64,000 nucleotides of DNA, from contig JBHGNT010000003.1 of NCBI GenBank assembly GCA_043228905.1, positions 26,223,304 to 26,287,303 of the forward strand, read 5' to 3'. Position numbers and translations under genes: made by a program. Shown here piece by piece: positions 50,599 through 64,000 of this stretch (its first letter is position 1; each line of letters begins with the position of its first letter). Below the pieces are notes generated by a model, which saw only the letters and a program-made list of their open reading frames with translations, was not told the origin of the DNA and ran no database searches. The stretch comes from Azolla caroliniana (taxonomy: Eukaryota; Plantae; Polypodiophyta).

Positions 50599-53500
50599 GA
50601 CAGATGATACAAAGCGGCAGATCATACTTGAAAATAATTGGGTATACCTCAAAGGTACGCAATGCTTTGTGAGTGAAGATCGTACTATCTTACAACAAAA
50701 TGCTCGCCGTAAAGCATATGAAGAAAGATTGAAAAATAAGGTTAAGGATGTGCCTAAAGATGGAAATGTAGGCAAATAGGGACACGTGATCTATGAGACT
50801 AACCCACACCCTTTATGACTATGCTTTTGGAATTGCAATGGATACCGATGGAATGCGGGATTTGGCATAGAGGATTTCACCGATGACTCGGATATCACAC
50901 TTCTTGTTGAAACATGGGAGCATGATACTCAAAGGATTCAAGGTTTAGGAAACTATAATGTACACTCTTTGATATGGAAGAAAAATCTAAGGCAAAGAAG
51001 AGGACAAGGAGGGGTGGCATGTTTGATTAAGAAGGAAATAGAGAAATGTGTCAATCATAAAAAATGATGAAAATAAATGCTACCTATGGCTCAAAATAGA
51101 AACACCTAATGATTTGCCCACTTTTGTAGTTGGATGTTACATTCCTCATCAAGATTCTAACTTTTATGCTTGTTTGGATAAAGATCAACCGTTGCCCAAT
51201 CTAGAAGATGATATTGCTTATTTCAAATCCAAAGGGGAAGTTATTGTCTTTGGTGACATGAATGCTCGTACAAGAAGTTTCCAACTTGATTCACAAGAAT
51301 CTTTCATGCCACATATCTCAAGGATGCAAGAGGATATGCAAATGTATAGCCACTCTTCTAGCGATGAAAAAGATCCGGACCAATTTGGGAAGTTACTCCT
51401 ACAAATGTGCAATAGTACCGGATTGCATATTGCAAATGGTATTTCCTTATGGCCCAACACTAATGGTTTTACATGTAGAAAACACAACGAAAATAGTGTG
51501 ATCGACTATGTGCTACTTTCTGAAGGTATTTTGGATCGTATACATAAATTCTCACTTGGTGAATGGACACCGGAATCCGATCATAGGCCTTAAATATGTA
51601 TTGATCTCAAATGTATGCATAGGTTTGATTGTGAGAAGGCTATTGAAGATAATAAACAACCGCACTTGAGCATGAACCTTAAGCGAGCACCCATGTATTC
51701 CAAGATGGTTGAGGATATGTTACAAATGACAAAGATACAACATGGTGCCACACTAGAATGCAAATGGGAAGCTTTCAAGAAAGTCATTCTCTCTTGTACA
51801 AACAAATGTTTTTCGACCAACTGCACATCTTGGAAATGCACCAAGAAACTTAGGAAAAAATGGTTTGATAAAGAATGTCGTGAAGCTCAAAAGTGCCTTA
51901 TGGTTTTGGATGTAGTTCAGGATAAAGAGAATTACCAAAAGCATTTGCATGAGTATAAAAGGCTTATTCAAAGAAAGAGAAGAATATGGGAAGTTACTCA
52001 ACAATTTATCCAAACGCAAGAGAAAGCACATGCATGTGCTAAATTTTGGGGAAATCTAAAGGGGAAACGTGATGAGAGTTATGGTGACTTAACTCTTCAC
52101 GACTTGTCTATGCATTGTAAGAATTTATATGAGTTATCTCTTGCCGGAAAGATGATGTGTTATGGTTCTCTTTCACATATGCGTCCCTTCTTTACAATTG
52201 AAGATATATGCATAGGGCTTACAAAATTGGCCTCTCGAAAGGCAAACGATCTTCAATGTATAAAGGCTGAAATGCTCAAATGAACGGGAAAGGAAGCACA
52301 TATATGGATAAACGATATGTTTAATGATGCATTGCAACATGGTACACCATACGATTGGACTACAAATTGGATCAAACCTTTACATAAAGGTGGAGATATA
52401 AATAATGTAAACAACTATCGAACCATCATGGTTGGCTCATTAATGGCAAAACTATTTGGATGTATAATGGAATCAAAGATAAGTGTATGGGCTGAAAAAA
52501 GTGGTAAGAGAGCTTATGGACAAGCTGGCTTTCGGAAACACCATAGCACCATTGATCACCTTATCACCCTTCGAGTATTAATGGAGGAAAGTCGCCTTAG
52601 AGGTAAAGGTTTATATTGTTGCTTTGTAGACTTCAAGAAAGCTTTTGATATGGTACCTCGTGAGCATCTTTGGAGGTGAATGGAAGAACTTGAGGTGCCA
52701 AGTGATATATGCTTGCAATTTCCCAAATTTATGAGAAGGTTATATGTTGTGTGCGCATGAGAGATAAACTTTCAGATTTTTTCAAAAGCACTATTGGTGT
52801 TAAGCAAGGATGCCCACTCTCACCAACACTATTTGGTCTATGCATTGATGAATTGGAAGAAATGGTTACCAAGTTTGCAAAGGAAGAATGTGTTGAAGAA
52901 GTTGCCATTGGGAATGTTGTGATTATGCTTTTGCTATATGCAGATGATGTAGTGCTTTTTACAAATACTTTAGGAGATGCACAAAAGCTTATGAAGGCAT
53001 TGAATTTTTTTTGCATGCATACTAAATTAAGTGTCAATAGCTCTAAAACAAAGATTATGCTTGTGAAGAGCCAAAAAAGAGATAAACCATGCATTATGTA
53101 CAACAATGAGCCACTTGAATGTGTGGAAAGCTTCAAATATCTTGGCCTTGAAGTCCCTTCAAATCATAGATGGAATGAATGTGCTACACGCCGCTTAGAG
53201 GCGGGTAAGCGAGCATACTATGCATTTGAGAACACATGCAACCTTGGAGATATTAAGTGTTGGGTCCTCAAGAAATATCTTTTCGACACTTTGGTGACAC
53301 CGGTTCTTCTCTATAGGGTGGAAGTATGGGGCAGTAGCATCCCTAAATCTATGTGGAAAGAGTTTGAAAATGTCCAAAAACATTTTCTTACAAAGTTTCA
53401 AGTTAAGAAACAAACGCCCTACACCCTCCTCCTTGAGACGAAATCGCTTCCCATTGAGACCATGGCCATGGAAAGGGTTGTTGAATACATGCTTAAGGTT

Positions 53501-54232
53501 CAAAAAAGTCCCTCACATCGACTTCCTAGAATTGCGTGGGAAGCAAGCAAAAAGATCCAAAAGACGCATAAAAGCAAAATTTTGTGTTCCAGTTGGATGC
53601 AAGATATAGGAAAATGGTTTGGTAGATGGGATGCGAGACACTTGCTTCATGATGCATCATTAGATTCCTCTGTAAATGAGGCCTTTTTGCAACGCCGATG
53701 TATCATGACATGGGAAAAATGTGGAGGCTCGCGCTTCACACATTATACTACACATGTTGCACCTAACTACAAAACCATATTCTTTGCGGAACAGGGAAAT
53801 CGTACACATCGATACATGTTAGAGCCCATACTATTATCTGCCATTCGAACCATTGCTTCCATGCGACTTAGCTCACATGCATTGCGATGTGAAACAAGGC
53901 GTTGGGGCACAAGTGATGAGAGTGGTCGACTATGCACACTTTGTCCTAAACAAGTTCGCGAGTCTGAGTATCACACTTTGATACAATGCTCTGCCTTTGA
54001 TCATATTCGACCATTCTTTCCACATCTCTTCGACCGAGCCCAATCTTTGCTAATTCCTCTCACAACCACAATGTGCACTCTCGATTGCAACATTCATTGG
54101 TAAAGTTCTTGAATATCGAGAGTCACTACTCACTTTCACACGTATCACGTGAAATGTAATATTTTTGGTCTCGTAGGTCATATTTGACCTCCGAAAACGA
54201 TAATATAATCTATCTATCTATCTATCTATCTC
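50599..54232 (+). mobile_element. Near-full-length RTE/RTEX-like LINE (ORF1 C-terminal remnant, APE endonuclease, RT, zinc motif)
   Basis: APE: CFWNCNG...LLVETWE...GDMNART...SVIDYVL...ESDHRP. RT: NNYRTI, QAGFR, FVDFKKAFD, GVKQGCPLSP, LLYADDVV, FKYLG. C-terminal MRLSSHALRCE...CTLC...ESEYH...C. (CTAT)n tail at 54210-54230. Only a handful of stops and frameshifts. Confidence 0.93.
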
Positions 54233-57200
54233 TCCCCCAATTATTGCTTCTTTATCTTGATCTCTATTTCATCTTGCTGATCTTGTTTTCACTAACTTGA
54301 TGTTCTTCAACACTATGATGCTATGTTTGTTCTACCACTGATGATCTCCCGCTCCAACACATATTATATCCTTCATCGAGAATTTAAAGTACATAATTGA
54401 AGTTTGATTACCCATGGAGAGAAACCATACCACAATAATCCAAAACTACCATCCCATTACTCACCCATAATGAATGATCCATAAACAACAAGAAATTGCA
54501 TGCCAAACACAACAAGAAAGGTTTTTTCATTTGTCTTTATAAATAAGCTACATTTAAGAGTTAAATGATAAATAGTCTCAAAACTTGTACTTCATTGGTC
54601 CATGCTTTAGTTCACCATGTGGGGATGCTTGCATATACATTAGAATGTTCTCTCGTGTGCAATTAAATACAATTGCAAACACATAGAAGGAGAATTTATT
54701 TTGGCAGGCAAGGTGTAGATGAGCTTCTAAATTTTGGAATCGAGCAAGTAATAGAAACCCTAAAGGTGGGTGTTGATCACATGGCTTTACATGACGGTAT
54801 GTTCATACATGTTGGAATCATGGATCTCGGCATACAAAATGACCCCTGTACCATAATGCTTTGATTGAGTTTTACGTTGAATATGGAAAATAGAGGATGC
54901 TTGGTCATTGTAAATGTGGAGGTATATTGGATGCATGTGATGGATGACCCAAAGATGGTATCTCGATATGTTGAATATGAACATGATGAGGAAGATTGAT
55001 TTGGTTTGAACATATGCAAATTCATGGTATGTTTCAACTATTGAGGAAGTGTTCAATCAAGTTTATCAAAAGAAGGATTCATGGCTAGCTATTGTCTTAC
55101 ACAATACGGGTTGGGGAAGGATAATCATCTCCTATCTATCATTTTGTATTTTGTAGCTAATATGGGTTTTTAAACTAATGGAAGGATATGTTTTCTAAAA
55201 ATTAAAATAAAAAAGAAAAAAGAAAAGAAAGAAAGCACTAAACCCTAAATTTCAGAGGTAGAATATTATATCTTTGATTTTTTCTCTCCTCAAGCCTCCA
55301 TATATTTTGGAGGCAAGCTTTTAAAAGTTCTCCATGTCATGGATGGTCATGCGTAGATCATGAATGGATCATGCATTGGTCATGTAGAGAAAAAAAACAC
55401 AAACTTTTTAAAAGTTTGTTAATATCAGCGAAATGTTTGCCAACTTAATTGAAATGTTCACCTAAGACTTTCATACCAAAAGAATATACCCCACCTAGAA
55501 GACATATGGTCATGTCTAAACAAGCACATGTATTTGTCATATATGGAAGTACTAATCAAGACAAGAGATGTAATATCATGAATAACTTGATAGATTGATA
55601 TATGCATAAAGAAAAGTGGGACTAAAGACAAAAGGACCATATGGCTTGAACACACGATAAATCCACACAAAGGCTAGCATGGTGGTCTAACTAGTATCAA
55701 CTCGATTTCGATATATCTCCTATACTAGTGATGCAAATTCACAAAATGTGTAGAATGATAATTAACTAGGGGCATTAAAATGAGAGATCGATGCATGATT
55801 AAGTATGTTGTATCTCAAATACAACAATTTCACAATGTAGACGAGAATAATTGATCCTTGATAGAAGTAAGAACTAGGCATTTGTTAGTTTAATTATTAT
55901 CAAAATTAGGTTGTGTAGCACATTGGATTATCGCGTTGGACTTTGTGTCCAAAGTTTGTGGCTTCATAGAATCTATGCAATATTTCACTTTCTTTTGAAC
56001 TTCCAAGAAGGCCTGAATATTCACGGATTATTATACGATAATCTTTAATTCGGCTCAGATTGCAGAAACAATTGAATGTTGGAATTTTGAAATTCCGCTG
56101 GTAAAATTCAGAAGGATCATGCAAGAAGGCAATATCATCTTCTGGCCATAATCCGTGAATCCAACAAAGCAAAGCAACACTTTTCAATTCACTTTTAAGC
56201 AGTCGTTTAAGTGGCAATCTTGATGAATCACTAGCAAGAAGATGCTTTGCATTTTTCTTTGGGAAATTAGCTTTATATGCGAAGCTTGCTTGGGACTATG
56301 GATGGTTGGCTCTGGGCCATCCCATCTAACCTTGCCTCCAAAACAATGTATCCCATATACTAATGATATACTGCCTTGTAGAGACATCCATTGATCGAAG
56401 TCTTGATAAGATGTTTCCTTTAAGAACCAAAGTTAGGGAGTCTTCATTAGATGCTTCTAAATTACAAGTTGGACATATATCTTGGAGAGTATGCTTACTG
56501 GTCATGTCTTCTAAAGATGTTCATAGTCACACTACCCTTAGGCAAGCTCCCTAACATTCAACTTCATCATTTGTCAAAAAAACTCCAACTTGAGTGGATC
56601 CATCTACTGGGTAAGAAAATGAAAGTTGCTAGGATTGCATCTCAACAACTTGTGGGATTAATCAACCCCGCACATCATTAATGTCATGAAAGACCTCCAG
56701 AACTTTCACAAAGTATGAGCACCATGAGTGGTTTTAAAAAGAAGAAGCTCAATGAGGATGCAAAAGAGATAATCTAAATGGATAGAAGCTTGATGAATAA
56801 ACCAAGTAAGGATGGGTATTTCTACATTCCCTAACTTAAGAGTGGTTGGATGGATGTAGGACTCCATAAATTGCTTCTATATCAGCTTATGTGTTGTAAA
56901 TATCAACTATCAACTCATCGTTATACCAAAGGAATCCTTGTTTGTAAATGCCCCTAATGGGGAGGGATTCAACCTCTTTGTCAAGAATGAATTAAAGATG
57001 GAAAATGAGATCAACTAATTCCGAGTGCAATAAATGATACAGATGAATAAAGATGTGGTGTGTTTCATTAGAATCATACTACCCCAAATGAATTGCTACT
57101 CAGTGAAGGAGGTTCCTCTAGATACAACCACCATTCTCTCTCTACTCTCCCCCCTCCCCCCCCCCCCCCCCCTCTCTCTTATTTCTCGAATCTCCACGCA

Positions 57201-57495
57201 CATTTGATCCATCCATCCAAAGAAAATGGCTGGCTGGCTCTTTGGTATAATACTATACATATTTATATTCATTCACACATAAAGACTACACTACATATAC
57301 GATCGTAACTCATAACAATTGTAATCCTAACAACGTGCATATATTCATACATCTATAAGATTTGCTTGTACCTCCTCCGGAGTCCGATTCTTCCATAAAA
57401 CAAGCAAAGAACTAGAGACAAAATGAAACAGGGGAGCTTATTTGACCAGATCACGGAGTATCTATCATGCGTTTTCTTTTAACACATACATTGTT

Positions 57496-57520
57496 ACACA
57501 CACACACACACAGACATACA

Positions 57521-57574
<54 letters not shown>
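57496..57574. repeat. (CA)n(GA)n microsatellite immediately upstream of the metacaspase ATG
   Basis: Seen directly. Confidence 0.9.
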
Positions 57575-57578
<4 letters not shown>

Positions 57579-57588
57579 GTAAGTAGTC

Positions 57589-59489
57589 ATGGCGAAGAGA
57601 GCTGTGTTAGTAGGGTGCAACTACCCTGGAACCAAAGCTGAGCTCCATGGTTGCATTAACGATGTCAATCGCATCCATAGGACGCTCATCCAACGGTTCG
57701 GATTTGCTGAATCCGACATCACCATCCTCATTGATACTGATCGTCAACACAGGCAACCTACGGGTGCCAACATCAAGAGATCTCTCCATAACCTTGTTTC
57801 CGAGGCTCGACCAGGGGATGTCCTCTTCTTCCACTATAGTGGCCATGGTGTACGCTTGCCAGCTGAGACCGGAGAGGACGATGACACCGGTTATGATGAA
57901 TGCATTGTGCCGTGCGATATGAACCTTATTACTGGTAACTCTAACCTCTATACGTACCTTGATTGATGTGCCGTGCAATATGAAACTTATTACCCATATG
58001 TACCAATATGAACCTTGATTGATGTGTGTATTTCTGTACCAACCGATAGATGTAGGTATGGCTGGTTTTGATTTAACATCCAAGGACATCAACAAGATTG
58101 ATGCAGATACGGTTGGTTTGGATCCAAATGTTCATGGATGCCAAATATGATCAACTGGATGGAAGGATATGTAGGTCCTATTAATTAAAGTCTGTGGAGG
58201 CCAAATATGATTGATGGATACATAGATAGATTTAACTAATTTCGTCAATATGATGGATGGATAGTCATATAGATCTGTCAATGTCCTTGGATGCTAAATC
58301 AAAACTAGATGCTATTAAATGATCATGAGAGTGAAGCAGTTACACAACATGAAGTGGAATGTTATAAATAAGGTCTATTAACAAGGTGAAATAGAGAGGG
58401 GATTATGCCCAGGATAATATAGAACAAGTACATATCGCAGATAGTTCATCCAAGAGCGCACTCCTCCTCTAGCCTTATACTTGCTTAATTTATTGTCAGT
58501 TACTGATTAATGTTTGTTAATCACATGATTAGGTGATCACGCCATGATATTGATCTTGAAATGTGGAAAATGCAGATGACGATTTCCGAGAAATAGTTGA
58601 TGAAGTTCCACAAGGTGTTACATTTACCTTAATATCGGATTCATGCCACAGTGGTGGGCTTATTAATAATGCCAAAGAGCAGATTGGAGAAAGTACAGGT
58701 CAGAACCGAGAAGATGAACATGCTGTGAAGCAAGGTGGATTTAGAGAGGGACTTAGACATTTCTTGTCTGATAAAATACACGGGGCACTTCATGATCGTG
58801 GAATTGATATCAATCTCAGACATGAGCATAGGAGGTATAAAGACCAGGATGAATATTACCAGAATGTGGCATACGATGGAGAAGGATATGTGAAGAGTAG
58901 AGCTCTTCCAATATCAACGTTCATTGAGATGTTGAAACAAGAATCGGGGAAAGAGGATGTTGATGTGGGGTCGATTCGCCCCACACTTTTTGACATGTTT
59001 GGTGCGGATTCCAGCTCGAAAGTCAAGAAATTTGTCAAAGTTTTGTTACAAGGCATATACAATGGTAATGGTGGAAGTGGCCATCATGGTTTGGTTGGTG
59101 CAGTGGGGGCTTTAGCTCAACAATTCCTTAAAACCAAGCTTGACCAAGTCGAGGATTCTGATCAATATTTTAAACCGGCTTTAGATACCCCTGTGTCTGA
59201 TAAGACTGAAGCTTTTGCGGGGTCTGATGCCCAAAGAGATATGGGAATACTTGTTAGTGGTTGTCAATCTCACGAGACTTCTGCTGATGCCAACCCAAGT
59301 GGTAATGCACAAGATGCTTATGGTGCTATGAGTAATGCACTCCAAATTGTGCTTGCCCGAAGGGATGGGCCGATAACAAACTATCAACTTGTCACTGAAG
59401 CTAGAAGGCTTCTAAAAGCCCAAGGATTTTCGCAGCATCCGGGTCTTTATTGTACTGATGAAAACGTGCACGCAACTTTTATTTGCTGA
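57589..59489 (+). CDS. Type II metacaspase (419 aa)
   Basis: Exons 57589-57934 and 58576-59489 splice as NLIT/DDDFRE. N-terminus [26 protein letters not shown] with no prodomain; catalytic HYSGHG and [10 protein letters not shown]; long linker; p10 [16 protein letters not shown]...QHPGLYC...FIC*. Confidence 0.97.
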
Positions 59490-60296
59490 AAGGAAAACAT
59501 TCTATGGGTTCAATTCCTACCAAGTTTTGAAAATAAGTTGCTTTAGCTACATTCTATGGGCTCTTTTCCTACCTCCGTTTTGGAAATAAGTTGTTTTAGG
59601 TCCATTTAGCTTGAGCAACCCTTTTAGTTTGTAATACAATTGCACAACTGCGACCTATCTATCTATCTCCATAGATCCATAGATCCATCTATCTATCTAT
59701 ATAAAGAATACCACTATGGTGCGATATATCCATATTTTATTTGCAAAGTGTATGTTTAATAAACATATTTATGATTTTGTAACTGAAATGTCATCTTATC
59801 AATTCATCATGATTATGATGTATTTGTTTTGCAAGAAATGATTAGTTTGGGTAGGCTTGAAATTATAGAATGGGAACAAGAAAAAATAAATTTGATGTTA
59901 TGTAGATCTCGTAGTTTTTTATTTACTTGGGGATGACCTTGCAACTCCAAGAGTATTTTCGGCACCTTCAAACTCTAGGGAAAATTTCTCTATTGAATTA
60001 AGACAAATATATTATTTAATTAGTTTAGTAAAAAGGTGTTACACTTGACTAGAGAAGACATGATGGATTGAAATCTACAATTGAAGGGAAGGAAGATGTG
60101 ATCATGACAAGGTGGAAAGGTGTTCTCTTGAAAGAAACACCAAAAATTCACAAATGCATTCTAATACCATGGATATGTTAGATGCAAAGGAGGAATATGA
60201 TATTGAAAAAAAGGGAGGATAATATTGTTATTAGAGGTATGCAAGAGAATGAAATAGTGAATGCATTCTCTCGTAGAGAGTATTACGAAATTTCTT

Positions 60297-60940
60297 TGAA
60301 GATCACTTTGCTATGTGAGATGTTATTGTATATGCGTGTGATCTTCAAAGAAATTTCGTGAGGGGGTGCAGAGATTAAGAAGACAGGAATAACAGAAGAC
60401 TGAAAACCAAAGTATAGAGACACAAGATTTTTACGTGGAAACCCAAAAGGGAAAAACCATGGAACTTCACAGACTCCAAATAAATCACAATCTGTAACAG
60501 GAATGTACAAATAAGAATCTCAAGACAACAACCTTGAGTTCTTCTTCGTCTTACAACAATTACAGAGGAGTCACACACACTCTCTCTGTCTCCTCTCTTA
60601 CACCCAGGCTTGTGATACACTCATCAACACCCTCAACAACAACTACTATTCAACTAAAAAAAATGACTCCTTAATGATTTGCCCTAATTGTATTTATACT
60701 GATATACATATATGACTACAAATATGGCCCAATCAGATTCGGTCGATTTGGTTATTAGGTGAATCGGTTATCGGTTAGTCGATTCGGCTTATCTCATTAG
60801 TCGGTGCTAAATCGACTCCTAATGCAATATCCGAATTTCGAATCGGACAAGCCGACTATCATCTGACTCTTCGGTCGATTGGCTTCAGGATGATCCGACT
60901 GGTGTTAGAACCGGCCGTCAGGTGCGAAACAATCTCAACA
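60297..60940 (-). mobile_element. Putative solo LTR of copia type
   Basis: Contains CACAAGATTTTTACGTGGAAACCCAAAAGGGAAAAACC, which I recall as typical of plant copia LTRs, plus a TATA-like TATTTATAC. Ends ...CTCAACA at 60940. The left boundary is uncertain (flanks TTCTT / CTCTT). Confidence 0.5.
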
Positions 60941-60945
60941 CTCTT

Positions 60946-61720
60946 TGAGATGAAGATCCTTAGAGTTTACAAAGAAACAAATTTATAACAATAGGCAACT
61001 GAAACATAGGACAATATCAACAATCGTGGAACAAAGAAAGAGAGACAACAGAGTAGGCACAAGTAAGATGTAACTGTATTATTCTCAGAGAGTTACAATA
61101 ACGCAATGTACAAATGAACAACCTTAAACTAGGTTACAAAAGTAAGTTTGAATACTAACCGAGTTAGGGCAAGTGCCCTCTCCACTATTTACGTGAATAG
61201 CCTAAACCTAGAATGTCCAAATGGGACAATGTGAATATGGCCATTATATACCCATATTCGATACTCCCCTGTAATGGGCGTATACAACAAAAATCTGTAA
61301 TAAAAGAAATGAACAAAAAATACAGATTTATACAAGGTTGTCGAACAAGTCGGCTTTGTTTGAGTTGACAGAATCCGAGAACAGAAGGCTGGGTCGACCG
61401 GGGTCAGATGAGCTGAAGCCGAGCCTCAGAACTATCGATGCTGATTGTTTGAAACCATCCTGAATGTTTGACTTAATCAGACAGATTCTTCTTTATGCCT
61501 ATTTGGTGCCGAAGGGATCAGAATCGATCCACTGGAAGACACTTGGTCATCCCATCTGCGACATTATCGATTGTAGGTATCTTCTCGAGGTTGATTTTCC
61601 CTGAAATGACGTAGTCCCAAACAAAGTGATATCCCACATCAATGTGCTTTGAGGCGTTGTGCTGAACTGGAATTTTCAACAAAGCGATAACACCCTAACT
61701 GTCATTGTAGACAATTGGAC
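60946..61720 (-). mobile_element. Copia 3' fragment (RNase H end, PPT, 3' LTR), related to the 46140-50370 element
   Basis: Minus strand reads HNASKHIDVGYHFVWDYV...NVADGMTKCLP, then PPT ACAGGGGAG and an LTR start similar to 50180-50265. Confidence 0.8.
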
Positions 61721-62839
61721 TCCATTTGTAATGTAAATGTCACTATCTATGTGGATCCGAAGGTTGAATGTTAGCATGGAAGACAAGTAAGCAATATCCT
61801 GGCTCACATCAAATAAATTGCTTGAGTTTAGGGTAATATGTGGCAGCCAATAGAGACCATGACTTCTCGATATTGATTTATCATTAAAATCCTGATCATC
61901 ACCAAACATTCTTCTGATGTGCACTCCAATATGAGAGATTGCATCCTAAGGCCCATGGATTAGATGATCACTCTATTTATTTCCTGCATAGAAATTCAAG
62001 CCAATCAGAAAAAGTAAAGAGGCTTTTCCCTTCCATCCTTCCTTCATTCCTTCCCATCTCGTCTCATCTTTCCTAGATGAAACTTTACTCTCGAATGCCA
62101 CATCCTCTATATCTTCATGGACTGCTACAAATGCTTTTCGAAGCTTCTATTAGTTTATGTCGAATCCCAAGGAAGTCCTTATGGATCTCTGCCCGCTCAG
62201 CCTCGGGGGTTTGAAATGGGCTTGATCGTGAGGAAATGGGGCATGGCTTTGAGGAAATGCTCTAGGGTCTTAGCCTGACCATTCTTGAAGCTAAGGGAAC
62301 TTTTGAGTGCAGGAGAAGAAGCAAATGGGGAAGAAGAAGGGGAAGGCAGTCATGAGATCTCCATTGGAGACTGGCTTACCCAGAGAGTCCACCCACAACA
62401 CCACACTCTATAACGCAGAGATTAACAGACATGTAAAGAGGGAGAGTGAGGGATAGACTTCCTCTAAAGGGAGGGTCAGTTGTTCAGGTGTGCCAATGTG
62501 AGGGAGAGAGAGAGGGAAAGAGAAATAATGAAACACAAAGTGAGAGGGAAAAAAATCTATATTCCATTATGCCCCATGGGTGGGGTTTATATAGTACAAG
62601 AGGTAACCGTTACAAATAAAGAATGAGACAAGTAGGGAGTTACATTACGTACCCACTTTCTCACCTTTGTACACATGCACACAAATGTGCATGTGTTCAT
62701 ACATATACTCATCCCCACACACATTTATATTACACATTACACACCATACACATTACACCTGAACCCTCCTGTACACCTATACGGGTAACACCTTCTTGCA
62801 AACATGGGAAACTAACCATGTCTCACGATTGACAAAAGT

Positions 62840-64000
62840 AGAGGCCAAGCATTCAAAAATCACGGAGTTCGGCAGGACCTTGGAAGGTCCAGCAACGAGG
62901 TGGCATGCAAAGCATCTTCCAGTAGATTTGCTACGTTCGATGCCATGAAGGAAATCTTTTTACAATGTCGGTGGAATAGAGGGAGCTGGTCAGACAATTT
63001 TACACAACCTATCAAGAACCTAACGAGACGATTCCACAGTTCATCATTTGCTTCTAGACGGTGCACAACTAGCTAACCAGAGCACCCCTGGAGGATGAGG
63101 CGAAAGCAATATTTTTGGCTACGCTCCGGGACCCTCTTCGGACGATGCTAGCAATGTTGGATTTTCGGACCAACACTATCGATCAAGTTATCGACCGTGT
63201 ATTGGAAATGGACAAGAACAATAATTACATGTCGATGGGGACTCTCCAACGAGTGCTTCCTAAAGAGGAGCTACGATTTCGACAGGCAGTGGAATGCACA
63301 ACATGCCTCAAGTTCGGACACTCCACATTAGAATGCACAATGTAGGCTCAGTGCATGCTGTGCCACTCCCGGTCACACACTATGGAATGGTGCGAGTACA
63401 ATTTGTTAAATCGGCAAGTGGCACTGGTCCAACATATTATGCCCCGAAGTGAGCAACGACCGGATGAGGAACATATCCGGATGGGATGAACGATATCGAT
63501 CAAAATGAGGGGACTTGTATGAGGACAGACGAAGACACCTACGACCAAGATCGCTACGAGCGTGATAAGGGTACCGCAATCACTAACGCAATAAGAACAA
63601 CTGTAGGGGGAATTTTCGCTGAGATGAGCGTCGGGAACAAGCCCGAGAATACCGTCGGGAGCCAGATATAAACATGGCCACCACACAATCAGAGTAGAGG
63701 AGGCCGGAAGAGAATAACCAGATGAATTCCGGTAGGCAGACGGGTTGTATGGAAAATGGGGAATAGAGCAACATCCGAAAAGTGTAACTGCTCCTATTGT
63801 TGAAAGGACGACCATTACAGTAGCCAGTGCCCGGTCAAGGCTAACGAGAAACAGCCGGCAGTAAACATGGTGACAACGGAAGTTACGAAGGTTCAACAAG
63901 TCACTACTAGGTCCAAAGGGAAAGCTGTAGAGTGGGAGACTCAGTGCTTAGTCGGTCCATGGCATTGGTCGGGTGAATCTATCAGGTTCATTCACATGGT
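62840..64000 (+). mobile_element. Degenerate retroelement gag region (probably Ty3/gypsy) with two CCHC zinc knuckles
   Basis: CTTCLKFGHSTLEC, then (across an in-frame TAG) CMLCHSRSHTMEWC; downstream VTTRSKGK linker. Superfamily is inferred because no pol domain is visible. Confidence 0.65.

Noticed and set aside
54600-56800. Possible decayed DNA-transposon coding remnants (similar hints at ~19500-20200 and ~38500-39900)
   Set aside because: Coding-like composition but no intact motif, TIR or TSD; a profile search would be needed.

Overview
This is eukaryotic, intron-rich land-plant nuclear DNA; a seed-free vascular plant such as a fern is my inference and cannot be proven from this window. 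I reconstructed five host genes by hand from GT-AG splice sites: (1) a minus-strand SPS3/GPS1-type trans-polyprenyl diphosphate synthase running off the left edge; (2) a 6-exon tandem-GNAT acetyltransferase that resembles a bacterial family and has a frameshift in exon 1; (3) a 16-exon SWC4/DMAP1 gene; (4) a 7-exon beta-carotene hydroxylase; (5) a 2-exon type II metacaspase. The rest is largely transposon-derived: a near-complete Ty1/copia element with anomalous ends, an inverted sister LTR, two more copia remnants, L1-like and RTE/RTEX-like LINEs, a hAT-type non-autonomous element with a perfect 8-bp TSD, and a double-zinc-knuckle gag remnant. The most interesting items are the candidate bacteria-to-plant transferred GNAT, a 7-aa in-frame deletion in the prenyltransferase, the copia with a 94-bp flanking duplication, no PPT and a chimeric LTR, inverted LTRs bracketing seven exons, and a covarying 3' hairpin shared by five LINE copies. 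No database searches were run; homology calls come from recalled family motifs.
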